From contig NC_057756.1 in the NCBI RefSeq assembly GCF_004010195.1, positions 2,016,020 through 2,080,019 on the forward strand: a DNA stretch of 64,000 nt, in the 5' to 3' direction. Under the pieces are notes generated by a model. That model had not been told where the DNA came from and searched no databases. It worked only from the letters and a program-made list of their open reading frames with translations. This document shows, in pieces, positions 38,511 to 51,929 of the stretch. The stretch's first letter is position 1. Each line of letters starts with the position of its first letter. The translations under genes and the position numbers were made by a program. This DNA comes from Chiloscyllium plagiosum. Its lineage: Eukaryota.

Positions 38511-40399
38511 TTCTTTTTATCGCTTTACTTTCTCCTCATTCCTATGTTTCAAAATGCCCTCGTGTATTATTAATCACATTAAAGCTCCAAGTTTTTTTAA
38601 AAATTATTTTCACTTCATTGCTTTTCAAATTGAAAACTAGAATCAACCGTTATTTGATTCGTCAGCATGATATATGCATCTATGAACTTTTCCAAGGGAT
38701 CAAACACAATCTCCCTCTATTCAATTGAGAACCACTCGATACTTTCTGGTATATATTTCTATGCTATTTGATATATTTGCTTTGAATTTTCGCACCATAT
38801 GTTTACATTTTTTCTCATTCACATAATTTCTAACCAGCCAGTAAGAGCTAATATCTGAAAGTGATAATCGTTGGAAGAAGGGGAAAGAAAGTCTATTGTC
38901 TTCACGCTTAAGTCCATCTTTCATCACTAAAAAATAATGCATCAATGAAAACATGTTGAAATAAAGCATAGATCCTATTGAAATTGAAATTAAATACAAT
39001 GCATGTCCTCACGCTGTTGTAAACGCTGAGAACTAAAAAAAAGGCAGATGCCGTAATACTTCATCATTTATACACAGAAACGTGATTTCGTAGCCCAAAT
39101 GAATGTAATACATAAGGAAAAAGTGCGGATGGGTTTTGGTAGAATTTTCCTGATGACCAGAATTAAGTCAACTGCTAATACAATTATATTCTGCAGAGTC
39201 CTCTAGAAAGGTGACTTGTTAAATAAAATCTTACATCGAGAAAAGTTCCCGTGCCTCGCTAATACTCGATGAATACCTGAATGAAAAAAAAAGCTGTCGA
39301 CAATACTTAGAAATCGCAACAAAATAAATTTGATTTTATGTGTTTAGTTATGACATGTTTGATGAGATCTAAAAAGTCCTTTCCGATACAAACAGTCGAA
39401 CTAATAAATCGTTGGACATAAATTTCTACATGACATTAGTGGCATATCAACATGCAAGCACATATTATAATGATGAGTCATTGCGAAGTCAATGAATTTG
39501 AAGAAAAATGTACTGTTTAATCCCCATCCTCTCTTTTAATATGTTACTTGTTATTTGAACATATTATGTAATGAAAATTTTGTATTTAAGTTGTAAACAT
39601 TCTTTACATTCTAATGAAAAGGTAACAAATGTATAAACAGTTAGCCAACAGTTTGTTTCTCTGCTGTTAAGGAACGTGTGAACAGTGTTAACAACGAAGT
39701 GTGGTTCTGAAAAGGCAAGTGGTAAGTCAGATGTGTCAATGAAATTTATTTGGCGCCAAAGAGTAACAAGAATATTAATGGATAGAACGGAATTAGGCAT
39801 GAGGCTAAACAGTATAATTTTGCAATATAATTGAGAACAAGGACTTTATGATTCTTTGAAACGAGAGAGTAGGTAAATTGAACATCACCTCGAGGAAGGG
39901 CTGGGATTGAAAATCGTGCAGAATGCATTCATGGAAAATGAAGGGAAACAAAAATGAATTTGTCATCATTATAGCTGATAAAAAGCAGTGAAACTATTTC
40001 AATTAGAGTCGTCAGTGATGGTTGTGTAGTCAGTGAGGAAAAGGAAGAGGAACTTGAAATTAAAGCACCTAAAGCAGAAACGCTGATTAATCGCTTTCTG
40101 ATGAACGTACAGTAATTTAGATTGTTAAAATACATGCCTTATTCCATCATATCACACTAATGTTCAGTTCCAAAATTAGCTTTGTTCTGGACTTGCTCCC
40201 TTGGAATAAAGAAACAAAGATTGAAGAAGGAACTGAGGGATAAAAATAGAATGAATAATTTGACTGACTTAATGAAAGCTGTGAATACTTTTTTCAATTG
40301 AGCATTTGTCTTTTTGCAGCTGGACAGGCAGACGAATTTATGCCAGTCGTGCAGATTCGTCATGACTTTGCTCAGTCCCGTTAAACCAATGTAATATTA

Positions 40400-41235
40400 T
40401 TCTTTGAAAGAACGACAAATATTATAGTTAAAGCAAAATTTTCGATGTGTTGCTTTTGCATTTCAAGTAAGCATTTGTCAAGGTGGCAAGTAACATTCAA
40501 ATGCACAAATGATAGGCTATGACGATCGTCAATAAGAGACAATCCCAGAACGACCCCTTGACATTGAACAGTGTTAGCATTACTCAATCACCCATGATCA
40601 ATAACATGGGCCTTATGACTGACCAGAAACTGAACTGTTCTCATCACATAATGAGTGGCGACACCAACATGACAGAGGCTTAGAATAATGCATGTCCTAA
40701 CCCCCCCATGTCTACCCATCACACATAAGGCACATGTCAGACGTGTGATGGAACACTCCTCCCGTGCCTCAATCAGTGTATTCTCAAAATGTATAAGACT
40801 TCTGACAACATCCACTTTGCAGCAGGTCGCAAAGCCCTGTATCCACACGCATCCACCCAATCAATCACCAATATTCAGTAACAGCAGACTGCATAATATA
40901 AAAGATGCACTACAGAAATTCAATGAAGATCCTTAGAGAGCAACCTCACGACGCACAACCCTTCCATACAAATGGATAAAGGCAGCAGATATGTGAGAAT
41001 ACCACTAACTTGAAGTTCCTCTCCAAACCACTCACCATTCTGACTTTGAAATATATCTTCGCCGCTTCACTATTGCTTGAGTAGTTTCTTGGATTTCCTT
41101 CCCGAATAGTTTTGTTGATCAACCACAGCAGGACTTCAGTAATTCAACAAAACTGTTGCTCATCACCTAATTCTCAAGTGCAGCTACTGATGAACAGTAA
41201 GTAATGGCCAGCTAGCGACCCCCACAAATGAATAA
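40400..41235 (+). mobile_element. CR1/L2-group LINE 3' fragment
   Basis: HKAHVRRVMEHSSRA (ORF 40688; cf. YKAQVRSVMEYSPLAW); ends ggccagctagcgacccccacaaatgaataa. Confidence 0.7.
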
Positions 41236-41369
41236 GTACATTTTAAAACGTTTGCCGACTTAAAAATAAGATTGCATTGTACCAGTTTTTTGAAATCATT
41301 GTCATTCGTTAAGAAAAGTATTTTCTGATGTCCAGAAAACCACTTGTGCACGAACGTTGCATTGCAGAG

Positions 41370-43680
41370 CAACATGTGACCATAAGAGGGAATGGTATTT
41401 GTGCAGAGTGAAGCCATCTGTCCCATCGTATCTGATCCACAAATCGACTATGGCTGATATGATTCACAGTCCAATTCTCTGCATTTTGCCTGTAACCTTT
41501 TCTGCACTTACTTTTCAGGAACAGTTCCATGTCAACCAGAAATGCCATCAATTACTGGATTTCCACGGTTATGTTCAGCATTGTGTTTCATAGATTAATT
41601 ACCCTCAGTCTGAAGAAATTCCTCATCATCTCACTTCGAGAGAATTGTGCCTTCACTCTGAATGCGATCCCTCGGATCCTGGCTTCTCCTAACGTCGAAG
41701 TGTCACCTCTGTATCCAGTCCATCTGGGGCCCTGTTGTGAGTTGCAACAGAACCTCTCTCATCATTTTCAATTCCAGTTTTTATTGACCTGAAGTCTTTA
41801 AATGCTCCTCAATTGTCAATCACGTAAGTCCTTGCAAAATTCTTACAATCCTTCTCACAAACACCGTGACTGATATTTTCTTGGATATTGGGCACAACAT
41901 TTCTCACGCTATTCCAAACATGGCCTGACTACAATCTTGTAGAGTTTCTGTCATATGTATCTGCTCTTTCATTCCAGCTTTCTTGAAACAAATGTCAACA
42001 TTGCATTTGACTTTATAACCACCAACCCGAATCTTCATTTTGATCTCAAGTGAATCCTGAACTAAAACTCGGAAGTGCCTTTGTACTTCAGAGTTCTAAA
42101 GCATTTACCAGTTTAGAAAACGTAATATGTCACTATCCTTCCGAGCTAAGCGCATAATCTCATATTTCCCACAATGCATCTATCTGCAAAGTGTTTGCTC
42201 ATTTTCCTATCATGTCCAAGTCATTCAATAGCCTCTACACTTTCACAACAATAATTGCCCATCCACGTATCTTTGTTCCATGTGGAAACTTTGCAACAAT
42301 GCCCTCAGTTCCTTTATGTGCATCGTTTATGTATAATGCAAATAATGCGATCCAAGCATTGACCCCTGTGCAAATCCACAGGTCACTCATTGCAATCCTA
42401 AAAAAGCACCTTTCTACCTGTACTGGCTGCCTTCTACCACAGCCTCCACTGTAGCACATTGTCAAAGGACTTCTGGAAAGCAAAATATACCATACCACTG
42501 ACATTCCATTGTGTAAATTGCCAGTTTTGTCATTAGGAATTCTATGATATTCATCACGTGTGAGTTCTCCTTGATAAAGCTGTGCTTTCTCCAACATATT
42601 ATTGCAAAAAAACCTCAAATATTTAGAAATCTCATCCGTAATAACGGATTCTAAAATCTGACGAATAAAACAGGTCTGGCAAACAGCTCCATAGTTTTTA
42701 CCATCTGCAGCTGTCCTTCCTTAAAAGAGGGAGTTTGCTTAGCAGTTTGCAAAGACGCTGGCCTGTTCCATTACTCCAGTGGTTCCTCTACAATATCCTC
42801 AGCTATCTTCTCAATTTCTTATTTGGTAACACATCCGATACGGATAATTTGTCTATCTTCTGATCTTTCACTTACCCAGCCATTTCACCCTGGTGTGGCC
42901 ACTATGCTTACTTCTACGATGACTGCCTTGACATTCTGATAATTTGCTGGTGTTTTCCACTCTGAGAACTAATGCAAAGCCCTTATTCAGTTTCTCTGTT
43001 ATTCCTTTGGCTCTAATTGCTACTTCCTCAGTCTCATCTTCCAATAGTTTATTTTCCACTGTGGCCTCTCGCTTGCATTTAAAGTCATTCAAACAAAACT
43101 GTGGCAAAATTCATCTATGTTAGTAGATAACTTAATCTCATAACAGATAATCATCTCCCCTTTGTCCACTGCCTCTTACGTTGCTATCTCTGTTTTTCAA
43201 ACAATTCCTATTTTCCTTCATTTTCTGATTAATCCTCATCCTGTTTTAAAATCTTTTTTCTGCATTTAAGCCGTCCCGGACTTCCCTATCAGACATGAAT
43301 CACTTAACCGCCGCATCTTCATTAGAATGAAATTCTTGTCTACCTCCAGCCTTATCCCCGACATTGCAAGCATTGCTTGTCCACAATCTTCCGTGCTAAG
43401 CTTCCTTTATAATATATTCTGGATAGTGCCACCCTCACATATTTGAAGACAGGCCTATTCATTTGTGATTCCATCGTCTCTGTCCTACACTTCAAGATGA
43501 ATATGATAACAAGTGTATCAAATAACCTCGGATGTTTAGTTCTCAACAACAATCCCCTTGCAACAATGCGTCTGGGCTCCCCATAACTTTGCATCTGTAT
43601 TTTCCAAGCTGTGCAAATGCTCATTTACCTCGTTATGTATACTGCCTGCATTTAAGAACAGCACCCTCAATCCTGCACTG
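41370..43680 (-). mobile_element. Decayed CR1 LINE ORF2 plus 3' UTR
   Basis: ORF 42235-42618 LFALYINDAHKGTEGIVAKFPHGTKI (YINDL..KFADDTK remnant); TEKLNKGFALVLRVE (ORF 42868); CR1 tail near 41370-41500. Confidence 0.8.
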
Positions 43681-44444
43681 AGTGTCTTCTTTTCAAAAGT
43701 TTCTCCTTATCTTTTGTGGCTGAAGTTCGAGTCCTGATCACTTCCACATCATTGAACTATTAATTATTCTAAAAACGTACTTCTATTGAACCCTCCCAAT
43801 CGTACATTTTCTGTAATCTTTTGCATGGCACTGATCTCACTCTCCTACTACTTCGTTTAAAGTCTATCAACACTTTATTTATGTGATTCGGAAGAAACCT
43901 GGTTCCAGGATGATTCAGTTGGATCAAGTCGGATCAGAACAAATGTTTCATTCGACACTACTGATGAGAATGTCCCACAGATTTGGACCCATTTCTCCAC
44001 ACCAATTTTTAACTGGCAGGTTTGCTTATTCAATAATGATGATACTAAGACAGAAAGGAATTACAGGGAGTCGGTCATACCTACGTTACAGGAAAAAATG
44101 AGGTTCATCAGAGGAAAAGAGAATACGCTGAGAGTGCAGGGACACCATGTGATAATTCCCATCAAAACTAAGTATTCCATTTTGGATACTGTTGGCAGGG
44201 ACGACCAAACAGGGAAAAACCACAGCGGCTATGTTTATGGCACTGAGACTGGCTCTGTGTCTCAGAAAGGAATGGGGGGAGGGGTATAGGACAGGTGTAG
44301 TGACAGGAGATACAATCTTGAGAGGAACAGAAAAGAGATTCTGTGTTCGCGAACGAGAATACTAGTTGGTCAAAGTTTGGGAGAAGATTTGTAGCTCGGG
44401 TGATCGTTGTTGTAGTTCTGTTCGCCGAGCTGGGAATTTGTGTT

Positions 44445-44484
44445 GCAGATGTTTCGTCCCCCGTCTAGGTGACATCCTCAGTGC
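44445..44484 (-). ncRNA. Minimal type-I hammerhead ribozyme motif
   Basis: Minus strand gca-CTGAGGA-t-GTCACC-tagac-GGGGGAC-GAAAC-ATC|tgc; 3-bp stem I gca/tgc intact. Confidence 0.6.
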
Positions 44485-44746
44485 TTGGGAGCCTCCTGTG
44501 AAGTGCTTCTGTGATGTTTCCTCCGGCATTTATAGTGATTTGTATCTGCTGCTTCCGATCAGATTCAAGCAATAAGCACATCGACCTGGACCCAATATAC
44601 TGTTTCAATCAGATTCAATCAATAAGCACATCGACCTGGACCCAATATACCGGCCACTGCTGGAACGGACAACGGGAAGCGGCAGATGCAAATCACTATA
44701 AATGCCGGAGGAAACATCAAACAAGCGCTTCACAGGAGGCTCCCAA

Positions 44747-44786
44747 GCTCTGATGATGTCACCAAGACGGGGGACGAAACTTCTGC
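44747..44786 (+). ncRNA. Minimal type-I hammerhead ribozyme motif
   Basis: CTGATGA (44750-44756)-t-GTCACC-aagac-GGGGGAC-GAAAC (44776-44780)-TTC|tgc. Confidence 0.55.
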
Positions 44787-46974
44787 AACACAAACTCCCA
44801 GCTCGGCGAACAGAACCTCAACAATCCTAGTTAGTAGATTGCTTCGCAGGTACCAGGTTCAATCATATCTCCAATCGAGACGACAGTAATCTAATAGGGA
44901 GGGAGAGCAGTCACATTGGTTAGAATGACATCGGAAGGGAAATGGAGAAGATACTGAAAAGAGAATAAAAGACGTTAGTTTGGAAGCTGGAAGGCAACAC
45001 AAGTGGATTATTAATCTCAGGATCGCTACCGGTTCGATGTGCTAGTGAGGTTAGGAATAGAGAGCGAGTGCAGATGAACTCATGGTTTCGGGGCTAGTGT
45101 AGGAGGAAGGTCTTCAGATATGTGAAACAATGAGATATCTTCTGGGGAAGGTTATTAGAATACAAGAAGGACGGGTTGCACCTGAACTGGTGGATGCACG
45201 AATATCCTGGGTGGAAAGTCTTCAGGAGGGTTCAAACTACATTGGCAGAGGAGTGGGAACTTGAATACATATTAGATTATCGGGTATGTAGTAAATACCC
45301 AGAGGTAGTGTGCAGAAAGTCTGTGAAGAGGGATAGCAACTTGATCAGATCAAAGTCACAATTAGTGCGATAGATTGAAGTGTGTATATTTTAATGAAAG
45401 AAATGTCTAGAATAAGTGTGGCGAACACAGAGCAGGGATCAGTACTTGGAACTTTGATGTTGTGGCCACTACATAGACTTAGGTATCACAAGAGCAGGAA
45501 TGGTTGCTGGGTGTTTGAGAGTTTAGATGTTTCAAAATGAATTAAGGGGGACGGGAATGTAAAAAGGTGAAGATGTGGCATTATTAATCAGGCGTAGTAT
45601 CACAGCTGCAGAATAGATGGTCGTCGAGGGGGGTTTGTCTCCAGAGTCAGTATGGGTGCAAGTCAGAAATAGGAAAGGAGCAGTCACTTTATTGGGAGTT
45701 TTCTCAAGATCCCCAGTAGCAATATATCCACAGAGGAGCAGATTCGGAGGCAGATTTTGGAAAGGTGAAGAAGTAAGAGAGTTGTTGACATGGGTGCCTT
45801 TAACTTCCCTAATATTTATTGGAACCTATTTAGCTCAAGTATTTTGCATGTAGCAGTTATTGTCAAGTATGTCCCAGAAGGTCTCTTGACGCAGTAATTA
45901 AATATGAAACTAGAGGGGAGACCATATTGGATTTGATGCTTTGCAAGGAAACAGGCCAGTTTTTAGTGCTCTTGGTGAGAGAACATTTCAGTGTGGGTGA
46001 TCCAAACCCCTGACATTCAATATACTCAGGCAGAGGATAGGAGTAGGTTCTAAGAGAAAGTTTTTAATTGGAGTATGGGGAATTACAATGCTGTGGGCAG
46101 GAACTGGGCGACTAATTTGGGAACACGTTTTCTCAGAAAATTGCACAATAGAAATGTGGCAGGTATTTAGGAAGAAACCGCTGATAGCGCTGTACAGTTG
46201 TGTACCTGAAGCACAGAAGGGATGGCACGTTTATAAACATTGGGTGAAAAGGGATGCAGAACCTCCATTCAAGATGAACGAGGAAGCTTACTGAAAGAAG
46301 GGGAAGTAAGGATTAGAAAGGGCTTGTGAGAGTTACAATGTAGACAGGAAAGAACTGAAGAATGAACTAAGGAGAGCTAAGAGGAGCATGAAAACGCTTT
46401 AGTGGGTCACATTAAGAAAAATCCTAATGCTTTCTACCCTTACGTAAGGACAAGAGGATGGCCAGAGTGAGATTTGGGTCGTTCAGAGATTGTGGACAGA
46501 ACTTGCCCTTCGTGTCAGATGAAGTGGGTGAGGTCCTGAAAGAATACTTTGTTTCAATGTTCACTACTGAGAGAGACGTTGATGTTACCTTGGACGGCAT
46601 GAAACGGGCTGATGCGTGAGAGCACGTTGATGCTATGAACGACGATATGCCGGAAATTTTGAAAAACACCTAAGGATAGATACACCCCCTTAGTCAGACG
46701 GGTTATACCATAACATGTTGGCGGACGCAAGAGAAGCGCTTGTTGCGCCTTTGGCGATGATCATTGCGTTCTCACTGTTCATGGCAGTCGTACCAGATGA
46801 TAGAATAGGGAAAATTATGGGAATTACAGACCAGTAGATTTGACGTCAGAGGTGGACAAAGTATTGGGGACAATTCTGAGAGAGAAGATTGTAATTACGT
46901 GGAAAACTATAGTTTGATTGAAGATAGTCCGAATGACTTTGTGAGGGCAATTCATGCAAAGAGCCGCCCACACG

Positions 46975-47217
46975 GAATGAAAACCTGTAAGCCTATAACT
47001 TCCATAGCTAATCCATCTGGCATGCACTCTCGGGCATGCTACCGGCAATAAAGTACAGTTATTCAATCTAAACTGCATATTATTGGACTGTGGGAGGAAA
47101 GTGCAGAACCAAACCACACCAGAATATGCAAAATCCACAGTGAGATTCTCCTGAGGCTGTAATCAAAAACGGGTTCTTGATGCTATCAGGTAATACTGCT
47201 CGACATTGAACCACCAT
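46975..47217 (-). mobile_element. V-SINE (HE1-like), decayed
   Basis: actgcatattattggactgtgggaggaaa (V-domain reverse complement) and cctgaggctgtaatcaaaaacggg...cattgaaccacc (tRNA-like head reverse complement). Confidence 0.65.
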
Positions 47218-48679
47218 GACACATTCAACAAAACAAGGCATGCTCAAAGAGTGAAGCTACTTCTGCACTACGTTCTGAATTCGTCTTCCTGCCTGGCTCA
47301 TACTTGCAGCCGACTGTACCTAACCACTAACATCATTCAAAATCAATTTAAGTGTTTTGACCCTCTGCTGAAATACTGCATCCAGTAACACACCTCTACC
47401 TTGACATGACACTGCGTTTGAAGCTCAGACTGCAGCAAATCATCTCTGAGCCAGAGTGTCGTAAGTGTCTTTCCCCATCATGAATCACAATATAGTCCAC
47501 CAATTCTCGTGCCATGTAGTATCAACACATTGCCTTGTTCAGAACATATTTTATTGAATTTTTAATTTGATTAAGGATAGGTATTCTACAATACTGTAAA
47601 TATTTCCCACACTTACCTTCAAATTGACAGCAGCCAATAGTTTCTAAACACGTTGTCAAATATCATCAACCAATGAACATTTGGCGTATGATTGATATCA
47701 CGCATTTTTTATCGGCACCTGATCCTCAACTCCAGTTTATCCTACTCAAATCACCTTAAAATCTGTGCGTCAAACCATATCTAGCAAAAATTCCTCTTAC
47801 CATCTGCTATCCATTTCCACGTTGCCACAAAATTCTCCTGACTTCATTCTCAGTCAGATTGTGTTTAATGCTTGATGAATCGTTTCTTCCTGATCTCGTG
47901 TAACTCATTGAATGTGAATTTTCAATAGGAAATTTCCTAAGTAGACTTGAGCTGAGCCGAAATGACTCGCACGTAGTTCAGCTTCTATTGTGATTATCAC
48001 ATGTTAACGTTCAATCTTGGCAGGATTTGACCACACATAGAGGGTATTTACAATGGCACAAGGAATGGAATTGTAAATGTACTGTGAAGTCAGCTTGCCA
48101 TAATTTATTTGAAGGAATGAGATGAGAGGAGAGGTGGCATGTTATATAGATATTCAGCTAATTCCGAAATAGGTAATGATTTATGCTTTGAAACGGATAG
48201 GAAGATGAGACAACCAAATGCCAGATAGAAGATAATGCGGCAAAATATGATTTTCTTTTTCGTTTTAATGATGCTATTCATTACAATGGGACTAGAACAT
48301 AAAAATAAGATGGCATAAATCATGTATTCAGGACCTTGGTGAAACTACACGGAATGTTTATGAACTTTTTTATTTCGGAATTGAAGGAAATTATAAATAT
48401 TTTTCAAGTAATTCCGAGGTGTTTTAGATTGATAACATGAATCCGGTATTTGCATTTTGGAGAAAACTTGACCAGTTTTGGTGTTACTCTGTCTTATTAG
48501 GGTGGGTGAGGGGCTGGTGTACTGTTGTATGGCTAATGTATTTAGGGTGTCCATTATTTAGAAAAAGGTTGAAAGGAGAAATCTTTCAAAATTATAAACA
48601 TAACCACGTTATGTTTGGTTCCATTTGTAATACTAATTAGTGATCCTGCCATCACTTCAGACAGAGTATCAGCTTTCTA

Positions 48680-49685
48680 ATTGGCTATAAAACTCACCAC
48701 ATAGTTCAGCACAGAAAGCCTTGGGAGATGGTTGTCGGACTCAAGGACTGAGACCAGTAGTGTTCGACAGGTTTCAGGAGACTCTCCCTTTTTGCTTGAT
48801 ATTTGTATCAATAGGTTGTATTAGAATATAAGACGAAGGGTTAGTACGTCTCTGGCTGACACCAAAACGTTTGTTGCCGAGGAATCTGAAGAAGTGTCAT
48901 AAGGTTAAGAAGAGATATTGATAAACTGGGTCAATGGGCTGTCGACTGGCAGACAGACGTTAATTTGTATAAATGCAAGGTAGCATTTTGATAAAGTAAA
49001 CAAGGCCAGGATTTATAGAATTCATAGTACGGCCCAAGGTAGTTGTACAGGCCAATCAGACCTATGTGTTTAGGTGAACAATTCTTAGAAATCTGCGCCA
49101 CAGTAATATGCGTTTCTTAAGAATGTCATGCTTGCCTACATTGCTCAGATATTTGTGTATAGGACATGGGACATTGGGGTTCACTGGACTTCGGTGAAGC
49201 CTCTTATGGGGTAATCTAAGGCAGTTCTGGTCGCCCTTTTTACCTGGATGTTGCCGGGAATGGATAGTTTACGATATGAAAATGCATTGGATATGATGGA
49301 AGCATTTTCACGGGAGCATCGGAGAGTAAGAGATGATAGATTAGAAATGTTGGCGACATGGGGTGTAGATAATATGGAGAGCAACGGTCTTTTCGCTAAG
49401 GTGGGAAAATTTTAGATGGGTGACATATTTCTAATGCTGAGATAAGAAATATTTCAAATGATATGAGCAGCAACCATTTTTTACAGAAAGACTGATTAGT
49501 GTGTGAATGTGCAAGGAGACGTCATGGGCGCAGGTACAGTGACAAAATTTTAAACACATTTGGATAGGTACATGAATAAAAAAACGGTTTGCAGAGGTAT
49601 GAGCCAAGCACAGGAAACACCTTTACATTGGAATCGCGATTGACATGGGGAGTTTGACAGAATGGTCTGTTTCAGGTTCTGTCTG
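48680..49685 (+). mobile_element. Old CR1 RT/3' fragment
   Basis: ttagtacgtctctggctgacaccaaa (KFADDTK remnant), gcagttctggtcgccc and acacatttggataggtacatgaat. Confidence 0.7.
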
Positions 49686-51206
49686 CCCTGTTTTTCCTGC
49701 ACGTAAGGAAATTGGAACTTCATTTGGTGGAATTTGGAAAAGAAAATAAACCTTCACAGATGTTTGAAACTCAACTTTATTTTTTGTTTTGACATAGCGC
49801 ACAACTTAACACATCATGATCCTTGCCAGATTGTAATGCAAAATGGTGCCAATGGCATAAATTCAATTCCTATGGCGCCAGAGATTACCGTGAAGGATTG
49901 CACTTCTTAACCTCCCCGTCGCTAGAGTAGTTATCACTCTAAAGTTAAACGACCTCACAATTGGTTTCTCGTGATTGATAATGCAAAATGATTGCGTGGC
50001 AATATTGTGGCATGTTTTGCAACGATATTTACAGTTTGATGATTTGTATCTTTGGAATTTTTCGCTGTCACCGGACGGTGGTGATTACGAAGTAGAAATA
50101 GCAACAGATCGGGGGGGGGGGAATGTTGTTGAATGGCAACAAAAGCTAGCCTGATTAAACGACTTTTACTGCTTCAATTTACTGTGAACATAACCAATAT
50201 GGAGTTTGAGCATTAATATCAGAACAAATAAAGTGGAATTCACAGCTAATCTCACTCGCTATTTTTACCTTCAAAAGATTTCAGTTGAGAGATTAGTAGG
50301 AAAAAATGCAGAATTGTACATCAGTTCCTCATGGTCAAATTTAACCTCTGACACCAAATAATAAGAGATACATGACAATACGTAAGGACAACATTATCGC
50401 ATTTGTTCAGTTGAGAATGGTTGTTGACTCACCATCGTTTTGAGACTTTTCTTTAAACTCTACGAATTGAAGAAAGGAAACAATATGAGTTATCCCAAGA
50501 AAACGCCTACAGAATACTTTTGTTGAGTGCTCAATAGAGCATGAGCGGTTAATTTTCATACGATTACCTTTCTGACATTGTTGTAACATGTTTTCTGCAA
50601 CAGAAAATGCGAAGAAATTAATGCATTTTTAAAATCTAAATATGACAAGATCAGAATTGTCACTCAGTTTCATGTCTGATGAAGGAATACATTTATTCAA
50701 ATGCTTTTCTGATGAGGCATTGCTGTGTCATGATGTTTCTGGTTAATCAGCTCAAACATTTCTATGTAACATAAATCTGTTGAGGTTATAATGAATAACC
50801 ATGTTTTAGAAAATTAGGTAGCTTAACTTTACAGAGATGTTCAAAGTGAGATATCATCGTAAATGCGAGTGATGCGGAAATGAAGATTCTCTGTCAGCGA
50901 TACAAAAGTAAAAACGTTCAGATATCTTTACATGGTGATGCATAATGGTACAATTATTTTACGAAGAAATATTGAGGCAAGTGTTTCGAATTGTGTGCTC
51001 AAAGCAAATCAAATAAGCAGCTTGCGAGGGTTTTTTTATTTGAAAGGATACAACTAGACAAAATGAATGCAGTAAAAGTGTCACAGAGGCATGTTTTTTC
51101 GTTTAATCTTTCGGCAGTTACTATGGTCTTTGATGTTAAATGGGGAAGCAGTTATTCCAGACTCTGTAAGAACCAAAATCCCGAATTATCTTGGCACTGC
51201 TGGAAT

Positions 51207-51890
51207 TGTGAAAAGGCTGCTCTATTACAAGGTTATGTTGTACTTGTTTTGTTTTGTATGTCGAAAGTGGATGTATAAAACAATTTCAGATTTGTCTTGG
51301 TTCAGGCTACTTTGCTAAAATCTAACAGATACTGCCTCAGGCAGCAATCGAAGAAAAGAACAAATCATGTTTTTTTTTTCTTCTTTAAAACATGCTGGTG
51401 CAATGAAAGATGAGTGTCCACTTTTACTGAGTTCAGGGATATTTGAAGTCTGGTTTAGTTTTAGCAGTCAGAACCTGCTAGGGACACAGAAGCAACGATA
51501 CTGAAGATAAGTCCCATGCTTCAGAAAGTCATCGCAGGGTGAATATCTCTCTCTAACATCTCTACTGGAAGAACTTGGGATGAACGTATCTTTTTTTTTG
51601 GTTTATCAATGGGTACATGTATGTGGACGTTACAGGAAATTGGAACAAAATCATTAAATTATGATACAGTCATTCGAGTTTTTGGGTTGATTAAGTTGTT
51701 CTATATTCTGGTCTCATTCCTTTGTGTTTAATGATATCTTCTGTAAATGAATTCTGTTTAGTTTAATACTGTTTGTTTAGAGCAGCTGCATTCCACATTC
51801 CACCTTATACCCGCCTAATAGAATTAGAAATGTTCGTGTCTTGTCTAACTTTGTAAAATGTTTTGATAGTATCTGGTCGGATCCATAGCA
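51207..51890 (+). mobile_element. Gypsy 5' LTR (TG...CA, ~684 bp)
   Basis: tgtgaaaaggctgctctattacaaggtta ... catagca. Colinear with 62240-62903 (shared tgcctcaggc, tgcaatgaaaga, gttcagggat, cagaagcaRcgata, ccatgcttcag, tctctctctaacat, gaacttggg). Confidence 0.8.
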
Positions 51891-51893
51891 GGT

Positions 51894-51907
51894 TGGAGGT
51901 TCAACTG
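51894..51907 (+). other. Primer-binding site, tRNA-Gln-like
   Basis: tggaggttcaactg lies 3 nt after the LTR and matches 12/14 of TGGAGGTTCCACCG, the complement of the tRNA-Gln 3' end. Confidence 0.5.
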
Positions 51908-51929
51908 TTATTAGGTTTCTTGGACGCAA

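Larger units (their letters stand above)
44371..44826. mobile_element. Fold-back Penelope pLTR pair inserted in CR1 ORF1
   Basis: About 44405-44557 is the reverse complement of about 44674-44824. The spacer holds a 43-bp direct repeat (44558-44600, 44608-44650). Flanks are ctagttggt (44362-44370) and ctagttagt (44827-44835). Confidence 0.9.
44040..46970 (+). mobile_element. CR1 LINE 5' portion: ORF1 SGNH-esterase remnant, ORF2 endonuclease and RT start
   Basis: VVTGDTILRGTEKRFC (about 44295), HIG*NDIG (about 44915), KKDGLHLNW (about 45165); ESVWVQVRNRKGAVTLLGVF (ORF 45617); GNYRPVDLTSEVDKVL (about 46820). Confidence 0.85.

Noticed and set aside
38441..38640. Apparent exon after ttttcag (LWILGIREHPGESQPE)
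   Set aside because: It is the reverse complement of a V-SINE core.
39975..40115. Exon-like open frame LIKSSETISIRVVSDGCVVSEEKEEELEIK
   Set aside because: No good donor, and the surroundings resemble an ancient CR1 RT remnant; no homology recognised.
44558..44650. Short direct repeats here and at 15112-15195 as CRISPR-like arrays
   Set aside because: Only two copies each, very short spacers, eukaryotic TE context and no cas genes.
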